This document shows positions 27,777-41,296 of a DNA stretch of 60,000 nucleotides, piece by piece. The notes beneath the pieces are model-generated. The model ran no database searches and was not told the DNA's origin. It saw only the letters and a list, made by a program, of their open reading frames with translations. The number at the start of each line of letters is the position of its first letter. The stretch's first letter is position 1. A program made the translations under genes and the position numbers. The stretch lies in the NCBI RefSeq assembly GCF_018350175.1, contig NC_058369.1, forward strand, positions 11,720,001-11,780,000, in the 5' to 3' direction. This stretch comes from Felis catus. Lineage: Eukaryota.

Positions 27777-30700
27777 TGAAGTCGCTACACCCTGTAATGG
27801 GCAGGGACCTTAAGTGGTTAAATAAGGGTGACTGGAAGACGGAGCCCTTTACAAAGCTATGGGCAGGGCCAAGGGAAACCGTGGAGGCTAGTGCAGCGCC
27901 CTGGGGCTAGCATCAGCTGAGAGCCGCCACCACTGCCAGGTTGATGGGCCCAAAGAGTAGCTATTTCTGGATTCCAGAGAGCTTAACTGTCACGGAGAGT
28001 GGAGGTAGCCTTCGGCAGAGAATGGACGCCATTTCTCTAATCTCCTCGGATTGTCTGCAGGTGCCCACCACTGACCCAACGCCATATTCTCATTTGACCC
28101 CAAGAGGCTGTAGGGAGGTGGCCAAAGACTCCTGTGGTAGCCCAGTGTCTTGAGCTGGGTTGGTGTCCACTCCACATGTCTCCGCAGAGGGGGGTTCAAC
28201 AGTTCCTCTGCACCAGGGTGGCTCCCTTGTCTGCTGGCTAAGCAGACATCAGAATGGGAGGGGGGCAAAGTCCTGCCTGTTCCCTTTTACGGCCTTCTGG
28301 TTTTGTTTTTGTTTTTCTGTGATGTCCTTGGGGCCCCCCTCCTTGGCTTTTGCATGAGAAATAGCCTTTTACCCTCCAGGGATGATCTCTGTTGATGGCA
28401 ACCCCCACTGATGGAGTGGTGGGGGTGGTCTGACTACTTTCCAGAGCTGGCACCACCCCAAAAGTCCTGTGCAGGGGAAGTTGATGCAGCTATTTGGGGC
28501 CCCAGGACTTTCCTGAAGTTTCCCTTCAGCCTTCTTTTTCCAAAGCCAGCTTCTTTGCTCTCCTGGTCCTTCTGCCAAGAAGCTGGAAACTCCAGCTTAT
28601 GGGTCTGGCCCTTGACATGCTTTGGGGGCTGGTTGGGTTTCCTGATCTTTATTATGGCGACTGAAATGGAACAACCGTTTCCAGCTTGAGTGTTGGGCCA
28701 CATTTCACCACCGTGGATCTCCCTACAGGGCTGGTTCCTGCTTCCCTCCCGGATGGATACTGAGGGAAATTGCCTCTATTGTCTTTGTTTACCTCAGCAT
28801 GTCTGAGGAAGGAAGGAGGAATGACAGAGTTTTCAAGCCATTTGATTACCTCACTGTGTGCCGGGTGTTTACAGTCCTGCTGTGGCTTTAGGGGCAAAGA
28901 GCGATCGTTATTCACTGTTCACTCTTCCATGTCACTCAAGTTTCTGCTCAGAGGTCAACTCCACAGGGCAGCCCTCCCCGATGGCCTCCTTGCTCACTTG
29001 CTGGTTCTCATTCTGTTAATTTCCTTCATTACCACCCCACCATCTGACTTGGTCTTGTTTCCCATCAGCTTCTCCCATCAGACATGAGCACCACCATCCG
29101 GAGACCTTATCTGTTTTGTTCATCCTGGGTCTCGGGTTCAAGCACCATGTCTGGCATAGAGTCTCTGGTACAGTTTTGTTGTTGTTGTTGTTGAAGAACA
29201 AACTACCTGGGAGGTGTAAGTCCCCCTTTCCATCTTACTGAGGAGGGCATGAGGCACGGAGAGGACAAGTGATTTGTCCACGGTCACACAGCCAGCGAGG
29301 AGCAGGGCTGGGATCCGAGCTCTGTTGGGCTGAATCCGGAACCTGTTCCTTCCCAAAGGCCAAGGAAAGGAAAAGAGAGACTCCAGCCACCAGGCAGCCT
29401 CCCTGCTTGGTGTAGAGGGACCCCAGGCTGACTCCTGGGAGAGGTGTCTTCATGGTGTCACAAAAGACGAACTGCTCACCTGTTCAGTGCACCAACCATG
29501 GGCCCCTTCCCCCACTGTGACAATCCTTGTTTCCTCTGAAATTTGTGTTTTCGTGATAAAAATTATAGCAGCACAGCCCATCTCTCCACCGGAAGCGAGG
29601 CCTTTGACAGTGAAGTCTGTGTTCACTGCTGCATCCCCGGTGCCTAAAATTGTGTGCCCCCCACACAACAGATGGTCAGTAGACACGTGGTTGTGTGAAC
29701 AACCCCTGGAGATTTAGATTCTTTTTCTCCTTACGTTGTGACTGAAACAAAACAAGATAAAACTGGGAATCAGAGAAGTGAAGCCTTTCTCCTCCCCACT
29801 TTCTCTGCAGAACCTGGACTCAGAGGTCTTAAAGCAACATTTCTTAAAGCTTGAAGGCATGTACACTTTTCCTGAGGATCTACTTACACGCAGTTTGGAG
29901 TCAATATTTCTGGGACGGGGTGCGAGATGCTGAATCTCCCGCAAGCTCTCAGGTGATGCCTAGGGTGGAGGTCTGAGGACCACACTGAGTAACCGAATCT
30001 TAGAACTCATGGCTGCAAACCTTTCTTTCATCCCCAGATATTTAATGAGCACGTACTATGTTCTAGGCTCTGCTGCCGTCTGTGCTGTCATATTCACCTC
30101 ATTAGCTGTGGGGCTGTAGCAAGTTGCCTCACCTGTCTCAATCTCTGGTTCCTCCTCTGTCAAAACGGGCTCGTGAATTGTGGGGCTGTTGGATAATTGC
30201 ACCACCACAACAGCAGCGAGAACAGTGACTGGCATGTATTAAGCCCGCCCTTCTTGTGTCCTATGTGTTTGCCGTGCATCGGCTTTTAAAATTATTCCTG
30301 CTATCTTAGGAGGTGGCGCTAGCGAAATGCCCATCTGCAGAGGGGAAGGAGCATGGCTGAGAGGGTCAGGGCGCCTAGTGGGAAGTGAGGGCTGCCCCGG
30401 TGCCCAGGGTGGCTCCACAGGCTGTGTGAATTGGGAGAGCTGTACAATAGGGAGAAAAACGTGGTTAATGTATCTACAGGTCTTAAAACGGGATCGTGGC
30501 TCATGTGGACAAATGCCATTCCTGCTGTAGCTGCCTGCCCATTCCTGGCACACAGTAGGTGCACAGTGAGCTGAGCCACTCTAGGCACTGGGTGCTCTTT
30601 CTCTTGTGTGTCCAGGATTCTGCCTGGATCATTGTACTCGGACCTTGCCTCTTGGCCCTGATATGGGTGGGCCTGCCAGCAGGGGAGGGCTGCCTCCACG

Positions 30701-31104
30701 GAAGGGGAGGAAATCAGGGGGTGGGGTAGGAAGAGGGTGCAACCCACCCCACAGAAGGCTTCAGGACCAGCCACCTGGACCCCCTGGCTGGAGGGAGAGG
30801 GAGGTTTGGGGTCTTCCCAGTACTCTGCCCGTGTCAGGACGACTCTTTGCCCGTCCCTGCTCAGTAGCTTTGCCAAGCTTGGACCGGGCTTAGGAGTGTG
30901 GCAGACCTGGGATCCTCCCAGCTCTGCAACTTGGGCGAGAGGCTTGCTTTCTCTGAGCCTCTTCTGTTTGCTCTTCTGTTAAATAGGTATCTTCCCTCCT
31001 ATGGATTTCATCGCCTGGATCTCTCTCTCTGATTCCAGGGCATTGGCTCAGAGAGTTGGCAGGCAGGGGGGAGAGGGGGTGGAGATGTTTCATTATCTCA
31101 TTGG

Positions 31105-31715
31105 CAGAACACTTGGTGCACAATAGGTTTACTTTACATAGAGTACCTGGCACACAAAAGGAGCATTTTATGCACAGTACCTGGCACTCAGTGGTCATGC
31201 TTAATGTCGAGCACCTGCCACACAGTAGTCAAGGTGTTTGCAGAGTACACAGCAAAGAGTTCATGGTGCACAGTGGGCATGCTTTATGTAAAGTACTTTG
31301 CACAGAGTATGCTTATTTTATGCAAAGCACCTGCCACACAGTAGGAGAGCTCTAAGAGGGCACCGGGCACACGGTAGGTATACTTTTCATGGAACACCCA
31401 ACACACAGTAGGTGTGCTTTATGTAGAGCACCTAGCACTTAGTAGGCATGCCTTGTAGAGGGTCCCCAGCACATGTAGGCATGCTTTAGGTCAACACCTG
31501 GCATACAGTTGACAGGATTTGTGTCAAACAGAAGGGGTACACAGTGGGTGTACTTTATACGACGTACCTGGCTCGTGGTAGGCATACTTCATGTCACGTT
31601 CCCAACACACGGTAGGCACACTTTTTGCGGTACCCAGCACATAGTAGGCGCACTTTACAGACAGTCTTCTGCATACAGTAGGTTTACTTTACGTGGAACG
31701 CTGGCACAGAGCAGC
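31105..31715 (+). repeat. Degenerate ~34-bp minisatellite, copy B
   Basis: Paralogue of 2405-3012. Confidence 0.8.
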
Positions 31716-32444
31716 ACACACACTAGTCAGGAGCTCTTTCTTGGCAACTTATCTTTTTGGGGGTCCCTGATCTTTCCTACCTTCCTGTGGAACCGTCTTC
31801 TGTCCCCCTCTCAGGCCCTCATCTGATATCCCATTTCCCAGATGGCAAGACTGAGCCTAGAGAGGGCCGGCACAGCCCAAGGTCACAGCCAGGAGGGGGC
31901 TGAACTGCGTGCAGGGTCTCCCAGCTCTGTCTGGGCCCCCCTCCCTCTCCTGGCCTCCTGCAGCCTTACCCCCTCACCTCCAGGTGCCTTCTTCCCACTG
32001 GGCCCTTTACCCCCTGAGTCTGATGCAAGTAACCCCCAGCCAGAAGGGCTTTTTGTTCCTGCCCCCTGCGGTCTTGTGTCAGCCCAGGCCTTAGGCGGCT
32101 TGGAGGCAGGACTTGAACTCCTGCCAGGCTGTGCAGCCAGGAGGCCCCAAGCTTCCTGATTGTGCGCTGGGAAATGGTGCATGCCTCTGACCTGCCTCGT
32201 ACGTGGAGAGGAGCCCCAGAGATGTTCTGGGACTGGGATTGGCTAGACCCTGCCCCCATGGCACCTGAACTCTTACGTTCAAGCTTTTCCCTGCTGTGCC
32301 CTGCTGGCCTTGAAAGGCAGGGGTGGCTGTTAGTTGGGGGCCAGGAGTCACCTTTGCCCATCTGTCAACGGATCCCCCACCCCCATGTGGGGGATGCTGA
32401 GCTGTGAGAACTCATTCCCATACTCTCTTTATAACACGGAAGTT

Positions 32445-32572
32445 CCCCTCCCCCACCTACTAGTTGGGCCACTGCCAGGTGGGGAGGAGGTAAGCAGGCA
32501 GGCAGGGATTGGCTGGTTTAGCCTGGCCACTACCAGTGTCCCCTAGGTCAGGCGCCAGGGACAAAGACTTTC
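32445..32572 (+). promoter_or_regulatory. Proximal promoter of gene B (same motifs as gene A)
   Basis: ATTGG 32508-32512 and gggacaaagact; near-identical to gene A promoter. Confidence 0.45.
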
Positions 32573-32574
32573 CA

Positions 32575-32621
32575 AGAGGAGGGGAGAGGAGGCTGTGTGG
32601 ATAAGCTGCCGTGGTCTGAAG
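32575..32621 (+). other. CYP4F3: Probable non-coding exon 1 of gene B (5' end approximate)
   Basis: Near-identical to gene A exon 1; gaag|gtacct donor at 32621/32622. Confidence 0.6.
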
Positions 32622-32987
32622 GTACCTGGCTGGGGGTCTTGATCCTGGGTAGTGAAGGATGCTGCCCAAGGGTGGGGTGACTCCAGAGAGCCGCTGGGAG
32701 CAGAGTGGCTACTGGTGGGTGGTTAGCTACCTCTCTGTGTCTCTGACCTTCTTTTTCTCCCTCTCACTCACTCTGCCTCTCCCTCTGGAATTGTCTAGGT
32801 CCTCCTCCCCTCTCTGAATCACCATTTGCCCAGTGCTGAGCACTCACCATGCCTATCCCTCTCTGTCCCTGCCCCTCCCATCCCGGTGTGGGGGAGGGGC
32901 TCTCCCTTTGTTCCTGAAGAGTCCAGAGAGCTCACCCTTGGGCCCATTTCCTTGGCCTCAGGGAAATCTGTCCCCTCTGCCTCCAGG

Positions 32988-33179
32988 ATGCTGAGGCTGT
33001 CCTGGCTGGGACTCGGGCAGGTGGCAGCCTCCCCATGGCTGCTCCTGCTGCTGGTGGGAGTCTCCTGGCTCTTGGCCCGCGTCCTGGCCTGGAGCTACAG
33101 CTTCTATGACACCTGCTGCCGCCTCCAGTGTTTCCCGCAGCCTCCGAAGCGGAACTGGTTTTGGGGTCACCTCGGACTG
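32988..33179 (+). CDS. CYP4F3: Gene B exon 2 ([13 protein letters not shown]...WFWGHLGL)
   Basis: ccag|gATG; |gtgagt; 192 coding nt. Confidence 0.95.
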
Positions 33180-36100
33180 GTGAGTGTGGGTGGCAGGATG
33201 GGCCTGGGGCTCGGGGTGGATGCACTTTCCCAGGGGTGGGGAACGGGGGACCTGGGGTGGGACTGGGGTCTGGGACAGCAGAGAATGAGGAAGGCTAGGG
33301 AACCGTTCTGTAATCACTCCTTCATCCCAGGACATTTCCACGTCTTCATCTTCACACCCCTAGCCTGTTTGGGATCCATTTCCTGCCTCCTTTCCCCACA
33401 TTAATGTCCCTCTGAAGGGCTCCCAGGGCGGGCTGCACAGAGCAGGGTCCCTTGGCATTCCCAGTGTCCATGGCTACCCCAGAGACCTTCTCAGGGGCGC
33501 TGTCCAGGGTCTGCTCCCTACCTGGCCCATTCCCTTGTGTCTGCTCACTTACCTACAGGAATTACCTATGACCTCCCCACCTCCAGTCACAGGGGTCTAG
33601 CTCTCCACCCACACCCCTCCCCAAGAAAGCTTCCTCTCAGTCTACACTTCCCTGCTGAGATGTCCCAATGGGCCCATTGCCCAACCTGAATAAAGTTAAC
33701 CGCTCACTTCCCCTTACAGAAGCTTTCTTTGACTCCCCACCTGCACGGACCTTTGACTTGGGTCTACTCATATGTAAAGAATTAATTGTCCAGTTACTTA
33801 TTTTCCACCTCTTTACCTGGATAGTTGCTCTGGGGATCAGATACTACATTGTCCAGCCCAGGAGCTGGCATAGAGTAGGCACTCAGGTAAGTGTTTGATG
33901 ACATAGGTGGTGAGCTTGCCATTACCTGCCATGTTCAAGGTCAAAGGGATGAGCGGCTAGCCCTTCCCATCCCCAGACAGGCTGAGGGAGGAGCACAGCT
34001 CTCCTTAACTGCCCAGCATGAGGACCACAGCTGGGGGAGGGACTTCCTGCTATTTTACTGATCTTTATGGCCAAGTTTGGAAAGAGGGCATTCCAAGCTC
34101 ATTGTGAACTTTGCCTGAGATGCTGGGTCTGGGAATGTTCTTGACAAACCCTGGGGGCAGCAGGAATGTTATAAAGTTGCCGTTTCCACTTCCTGTTCCA
34201 GGGCTTGGCCATGGAGGCTGGTCTTGGTCACTCTTCTCTCCTCCAGTCCCTCTTGCTGTGTGACCTCAGCTGAGTCACTCTCCCTCTCTGGGCCAATCTC
34301 CCCAAATGCCTCAGCGTTCATAAGGAGCAGGGAACAGTCCCAAAAGTGAAAATGACTCGTATTCCCCTGTCTGGAGCACCTGGAAGTATTTGTCAGGCCG
34401 GGATGGGGCTTCCCGTGGGACTGGAGAGGATGCCTCACTGGGAGGCAAGGCCCCCTCCTTCTCCTTTTGGGGGACGCGACCTGGGTTTCTTCATTTGTAA
34501 AAGGCACGGCTGATGGGGGAGTCCATAGGTTCAGGGGATAGGTTCATAGATAGCCCATAGGTTCATAGGTAGAGGTAGATAGACAGACAGACAGACAGAC
34601 AGATGGGATGAACCATGCCAGCTGGTGGGCAGAAGAGGACGTTGGTGGGAGCTGCCCTCTTGACTGATGGGCAGAGCTCACACCTGTGTCCTGGGGTCTG
34701 TCAGAGCTGGAAGGTCTGCATACCTTCACCATCTGGGGAGCGGGGGGCTGTGTGGACTGGCCAGGACATGAGAGGACATGGGAACGAGCCCCAGTACAAA
34801 ACGTGAGGCCACCCTGCTGTTCCCGTGGGCACCTCCCTGAGATTGGAACGACTCCCAGGAGAAGAAAGATCTGACTTCTCAAGCCAAGGTCGGCCTCTCT
34901 GGGGGCAGAGAGCATGTCTTCTCCCTGTGTCCTGGGAGGGACCCTTGGGACATGGAGAGTCTTGCAGGATCCCTCTGCCCCCAAGGGAAGGAGCAGGAAG
35001 AAACAGAGGTCCCCTCCATCTATGCAGAGTCTGGACACACTGACCACTGCAGAGGTTGCAGGGGAACTTGCTGTGGCTCCTTCTGTGGAGGTGATGGCCC
35101 CTGTCTTGCTTGTAGGTCCACCCCACAGAGCAGGGCTTGAGGGTCTTAATTCAGCTCGTGGCCACCTACTCGAAGGGGTTTGTGACATGGCTGGGCCCCA
35201 CCTTGCCCCTCATCACTTTGTGCCACCCTGACATGATCCGGACTATCACCAATGCCTCAGGTACTCATGCAGAGCTTTTGGTGATGGGCTGTGACACAAC
35301 CCACGGCTGTCAGCTCCTCTTTCTCCAAGCTTCACGCAACAGCAGCGGGTCACTGGCCTCACTTCCCCCTTCTCTCTCAGCCATCTTCCTCTTCCCTTCT
35401 TGTGTTTGTCAATCCCCATCTCACTGTCTCCTTCTTCCACTGTTGTCTAATCCCCCACCCCAACCCTGGTGTCCTGGGCACCACTGGGACCCCAAGAGAC
35501 CTCAATCCAAGGCTCAGTCCTGGAGGAACCCTCAATCTTGAGGAGATGGGTTGACAGAGAGGTCCTTGACTTGGTGAGGTAAGGAATTGGCCAGAGGGAC
35601 ATGGCTGTCCAGACAGGCCAGGCTGAGCAGAGGAATAAGCAGCATCCAACAGAAACCTTAGCTTTAACGCCCAAATTCTGGGTGACTCTGGGAAGACACC
35701 CAGCTCTCTCTGGCTGCCAAGGTGTTTTTCAGTTGTGAGAGGTGAAAACTCAACCCTATGTGGTCTAATCAAAGAAAGGAAATCTATTTACAGTGAAGTC
35801 CAGGGAGCATTGTCTTCAGGCATGGCTGGATCCAGGTCTCAAATAACATTATCAAGAATCTGTCTTCATTGTTTCGGTTCTGTTTTCCTCTGTGATGGCT
35901 TCACTTTCATTCTGATAAAGAAACTCAACCCCCATGGGAAAGCGAGCTTATTCCCAACAGTTCCAGGGGAAAAGTTGCAAAACTCCCTTTAATTTTCTTG
36001 GGCTGCATCCAAGGGTCAGTTTCTCATTTAATCACTGTGGCTCTGATTACCCAGTCTTGGCAAGTGTAGGTTCTCAGAGCTATTGTTTTGGGGCTCAAAG

Positions 36101-39100
36101 CAGTTTGATGGCTAAGAACTCAGGTCCTGGAATTCTGATGGACTTGGGCTCAGACCTCTGGCAGGCCACTTACCATCTGGGAGACTGGGGGCAAATGACT
36201 TCATCATTCAGAGTCTCAGTTTTCTTATATGGAAAATGAGGAGAGAGGAGAAGCCAGGTGAATGTGGTGTTTGGGATCCAAATGGGGGAAAGACACTTTT
36301 TGTTCCTGTAACCAAAGAGCCCCAATTGTTGTACCAAGGGTCTGGGGAAGGATTCCAGGAGGAGACTGAGCTGCTGGAAAGGATGCACAGGGCTCAGGTC
36401 TGGGTCTTTGCTCTGCAGGGTCCTTCCATCTGGCCATCTAGAAAGACTGTGAATGCGGTCCTTTTTGTTTCTCTTCAGATTCAGAGCTCAGAGGAAGGTC
36501 TTTTGTACACACAAAACCTGGCGAGCACCTATGGGGATGTGTGCTGCTGGTGGGTGGGTCCCTGGCATGCAGTCATCCGAATCTTCCACCCCACCTGCAT
36601 CAAGCCTGTGCTCTTTGCTCCAGGTAGACACCCCACCGCCACGGCTTGCTCACTGCTGAAGTCTGTGCTGCCGACAGCGTGGTGGGTGACCCAGATGCAG
36701 CTGTGGGGATGCCACTGCCTCTGTCTTGCCTGGACCCCACATGCCAGATCTCTGGTCACGTCTGCTCACACCTAGGGTGTGATTGTGCGATGTCTGCTGT
36801 ATGGCCAGGTCTGGTCACATTTATGTTTCTACCTGTGTTCTGGTTACGGCCGATATACTTTATACCTGGTTATACCTGGCATATGGTACATGGTAACCAT
36901 GAAGATGGCCTTAGTCATGTCTGGGGCTCACCTGTGGCCAAGGATATTCAAGGCATGTGGGGAATCTGTCTGTTTTTTTTTTTTTTTTTTTTTGTCTGGG
37001 ATGCTATTTGAGATTGTCTGGTTCTCCTGTGGGTCATGTCTGGACCATGTTTGGAGTTTGTCTGCAGTCTGGAACCTCGAGTCCTTCTGAGAAATGCTGA
37101 GGCCTTATGTGAGCCTTGTCCAGGGCAGGTCTTAGGATATGGCTGGGTCATACCTGGTCCATGCCTGGGACATTAGTGGGACCGTATTTAAGTCCTGCCT
37201 GGGACCATCTGTGAATCGTGTCAGATTGTCTCTGGGTCCATGTCAGAGGATGCTGCATCAGACTGAAGTCGTGTCAGATTGTCTCTGGGTCCATGTCAGA
37301 GGATGCTGCATCAGGTCAGTGTGTGTTATACATGTTGTTTCATGCCAGGGCATGTTAACATGTGTTGGGACCATGTCAAGAGATATCAGAGAATTCTGGG
37401 ACAGATGCGATGTCCTAGGTCCCTGTAAAGGCATTTTATGGAGTGCTGATTTGTGCTCAGGTGTTTCGAACATGTTGGACTGGCACAACATGTGTTGTGC
37501 CACATTTTAGGGAGCATCTAAGTACATAGGGGTGTGTCCATGGGCTCTGCCTTTGCTCTGCTCTGCAGTGCTGCAGACTGATATGGTGCCCCCTCACCTC
37601 CCCACTCTGTTTCCTCTGCCCATGTCCCCATTCCTGCTAAGCTGGTCTTGGAGGGGGTATGAATTCCCCTGGCTGGGCCCTCCACTCCCCCAATCCAAAC
37701 CCTTCCCCTCCCCCTCCCCATGACCCCTGATGGTCCTCATTCGTGTCAGCTGCCATTGCATCCAAGGACGCGGTCTTCTACAGCTTCTTGAAGCCCTGGC
37801 TGGGTGAGTAACTGTGGGTGAAGGGGACTGGGGACAACCTTGGGGACCCAGGGGGAGTCCCAGGGGCACTGCCTTTGCCCACTTCTTGCGGCTGCCTCTA
37901 CTAGGGGATGGGCTCCTGCTGAGTGCTGGTGACAAATGGAGCAGCCATCGCCACATGCTGACACCCGCCTTCCACTTCAACATCCTGAAGCACTATGTGA
38001 AGATTTTCAATGACAGTGTAAATGTCATGCATGTGAGTCTTTTGAACCCAGGGTCCCAGCTGAAGTCTTGGGGGCGATGGAGGCTCTGAGATATCTTGTC
38101 TGGAATTCTGGCTCTCCTAGACAGCTTTGGGGCCATTGCTCTTCCTCTCTGAGCCTCAATTTTCTCAGCTATGTAATGGGAATAATGGTCCCCACTTTGC
38201 AGGGTAGCCAAGATAATGTAATGTATTCATGTCCCTAGCACATAGCAGGTGCTCAGAAAGTGTTAATTTCAATGTTTCCCTTACAAAGAAGCCTTCGAAC
38301 TGAGACCCACTTGGTTATCCATGAAGGTTGCATAGTAGTTATGCTGAATTAACAAACCACTTCCAAACTCATTGGTCTAAAGCAATAAGGGTTTATTATT
38401 GCTAACCTGTCTGTGAGTCAGTTGGTCTTCTGGACATGGATGGGATCACATGTGCCTGTGATCAGCTCTGGGTCAGGTATGTACTTTGCAGATCTGGGCT
38501 CAGCCCTCTTACATGTTCGAGGAGTGGCTGGCTGCAGGCTGATCTAGGGTGGTCTCAGCTTGGACAACTGAACTTCCTTTAATGTGATTCTCTCCCTCCA
38601 GAAGGCATCTCAGGCTTGTTCCCATGGCTGAGGCAGGGTTCCAGGAGACTGACAGGAGGCTTCAATGCCTCTTGAGATCTAGGTTTAAGATGATCACCTT
38701 GTCATTTTTGCTATGGTCAACTGGCCAAAGCAAGTCAAAAGGCCATTATAGAATCAAAAGGTGGTGAAAAAGCATCCACCTTTTAATGGGAGTTGCTGAA
38801 AAATAACATTGAAAAGGTGTGGATATAAGGAAGTGAAGAATTGGAGGTGGGGGTTTTGTGAAGGGCCTGGGATTATTTTCACACTTGCAAGCTAAGGAGT
38901 GAGATTGTTATGGTTTTGTGGATTGTGCCAGAAGACACGAGACTCCTGTGTCAGAGACAAAGAACAATTTATTACTCATAGCACAGCAAGCACACGCACT
39001 TCTTGGTTTGCATTCTTTCTCTGAGTCACCAAATCCTGTGAGGATAACATAGGTGGGCTTCAATGCTTATGCAGTATGTTGCATTACAGGAGAGGCATAC

Positions 39101-41257
39101 CAGGTTCAGGGACTCTATGACGTCTGGTAATTAAAAGCAAGCCTGACATTTGTGTGTGGGAAATATTACCTTATTCCTCAAGTGTGTTTGCTGAAAATGC
39201 AACTCTGAGAAATGCCTAAGTAAAGAATATCGGAGCCTTGCCTTTTTTGGGCATACCCAGCAAAAAGGTGGAGGGGTGCTCAGGGCCCATGAATCGCCTC
39301 TTTCAACATAGGGGAATTTTTCTTAATTTATGACAATTAAGATGATGAAAGCTAACATTTCTCAAGAACTTACTATACGCCAGAATCTATGTGCACATTC
39401 CATGACATATATTGTCTAATTTGATTTTCACAACCATATGAGGTAAAGATGATTATTATTACCTCATTACAGGTGGTGAAAATAGGTTCAGAGAAGTTAG
39501 GGAGCTTGCCCGCATTCACACAGCTAGCAAGTGAGCTAATGAGTGGAGCTGGGATTCCAACCTGGTTTGTCTGACAACAGAGCAAGTCATATTAACTGTT
39601 ACTGAAGCTTTGACAGGTGGAGTCCAGAGGGCAGCAGTGAGTTGACCAAGGGCACACAGGGGTGTAGGAGGCAGAGTCAGGATTTGAACTCAGGTCTTCT
39701 GACTCTCAGCCATGGGGTCTTAATAGTAAGAGTTTGTACTCCCACCCAAGCTTGGTCCTCCCTGGGGATGGGTGCCTGGGGTGGAGGACCAGGAGCCTGG
39801 GTCTGGTGGGTCCCCTCTTGGTGGTTGGTGTTGGAGAGGGGTTCAGAGGAGGCAGGTCCCAGCCCCAGCTCTACCTCCTTCTCTGCCCAGGCCAAGTGGA
39901 AGCGCCTGGTCTCAGAGGGCAGCACCCGTCTGGACATGTTTGAGCACATCAGCCTCATGACCCTGGACAGTCTGCAGAAATGTGTCTTCAGTTTTGACAG
40001 TAATTGCCAGGAGTGAGTGCTTGCTCAGGACCTGGGAACATGATCTGTAGACCCAAGGGAGTAGATGGGGAGGAGAGGGATGACCAGGGCAATCAGATGG
40101 GACTTCCTGGAGGAGATGGATCAGAGTTGGACAAAGAAGGACAAGGAAGGGAAAGAGAAAGAGTGATCCTTTCAGGTAAGCAGAAATGTTTGACAAAGGC
40201 CAAGGGACTAGGATGAGTGAAGCATGTGCCACAGTAAGGAGCCACCTTGGGAATGAGATTGGAAGGGTTGGCAGGAGCTATATCTTAAGGACATTCAAAA
40301 TCCAGGCAAAAGGGTATGAACTTTATCTGAGGTTTGAGCAGGTGAGGGTCATGGGCAAAGCTGTTCTTGGACATCTGAGTCTGGAGAAGACCAACTGATG
40401 TGTAGACAATGGATGGTGTGAAATTGGATGCAAGATTAGAGAGGGGATTGGGTCCATTGACCAAATGGGAGAAGATGAAGTCTGAGCTGTATGGAGAGAG
40501 AGGAGAGAAGCATAATGTGTCAGCTGGGTTCTGGGTTCATGGAGGCAGCTCACAGAAATGGGAATCAGGGAGAGAAGAAAGTCTGGAGAGTCACGTGTCC
40601 TGGATCATCCCCACCATGTATCTGTGGGGCCATCTGTTCCTGGATACTCAGTTTTCTGATGGGCTATATCTCCCAGCTGCTGGTAGCAGGCATTTTCTCA
40701 GCCTCCAGGTGAGCTAAGTTGTTACTTTCTTTCATGCCCTCATCCTGCAGGAAGTCTAGTGAATATATTGCTGCCATCTTAGAGCTCAGTGCCCTTGTGG
40801 CAAAACGGCACCAGCAGATCTTCATGCACATGGACTTCCTGTACTACCTCACTCCAGATGGGCAACGCTTCCGCAGAGCCTGCCGCCTGGTGCACAACTT
40901 CACAGATGCTGTCATCCAGGAACGGCGCCGCACTCTCCCCGATGACGGTGTTGATGACTTCCTCAAGGCCAAGGCTAAGGCCAAGACTTTGGACTTCATT
41001 GATGTGCTCCTGCTGACCAAGGTGGGTTTCTCTGGGATCTGGATTCAAGAGGTAGAAAGGACCTTGATTTCATATTTCAAATTGAAGACTTAGACTTGAT
41101 CCATAGGGCACTGGGGAGTCATGGGTGGTGTTTGAGGAAAGGAGGGATGGATTAGGGATATGTTTTAGAGATGACTTTATGGAATGTAACCTGCAGGGGA
41201 CTGCTAAGTATGCAATTGTGAAGGGCCTGAGATTTTACTCTACTTAATAAGGTAGTC

Positions 41258-41296
<39 letters not shown>

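Larger units (their letters stand above)
29576..33285 (+). repeat. Paralogous high-identity tract 1, copy B
   Basis: Matches 875-4577. Confidence 0.93.
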
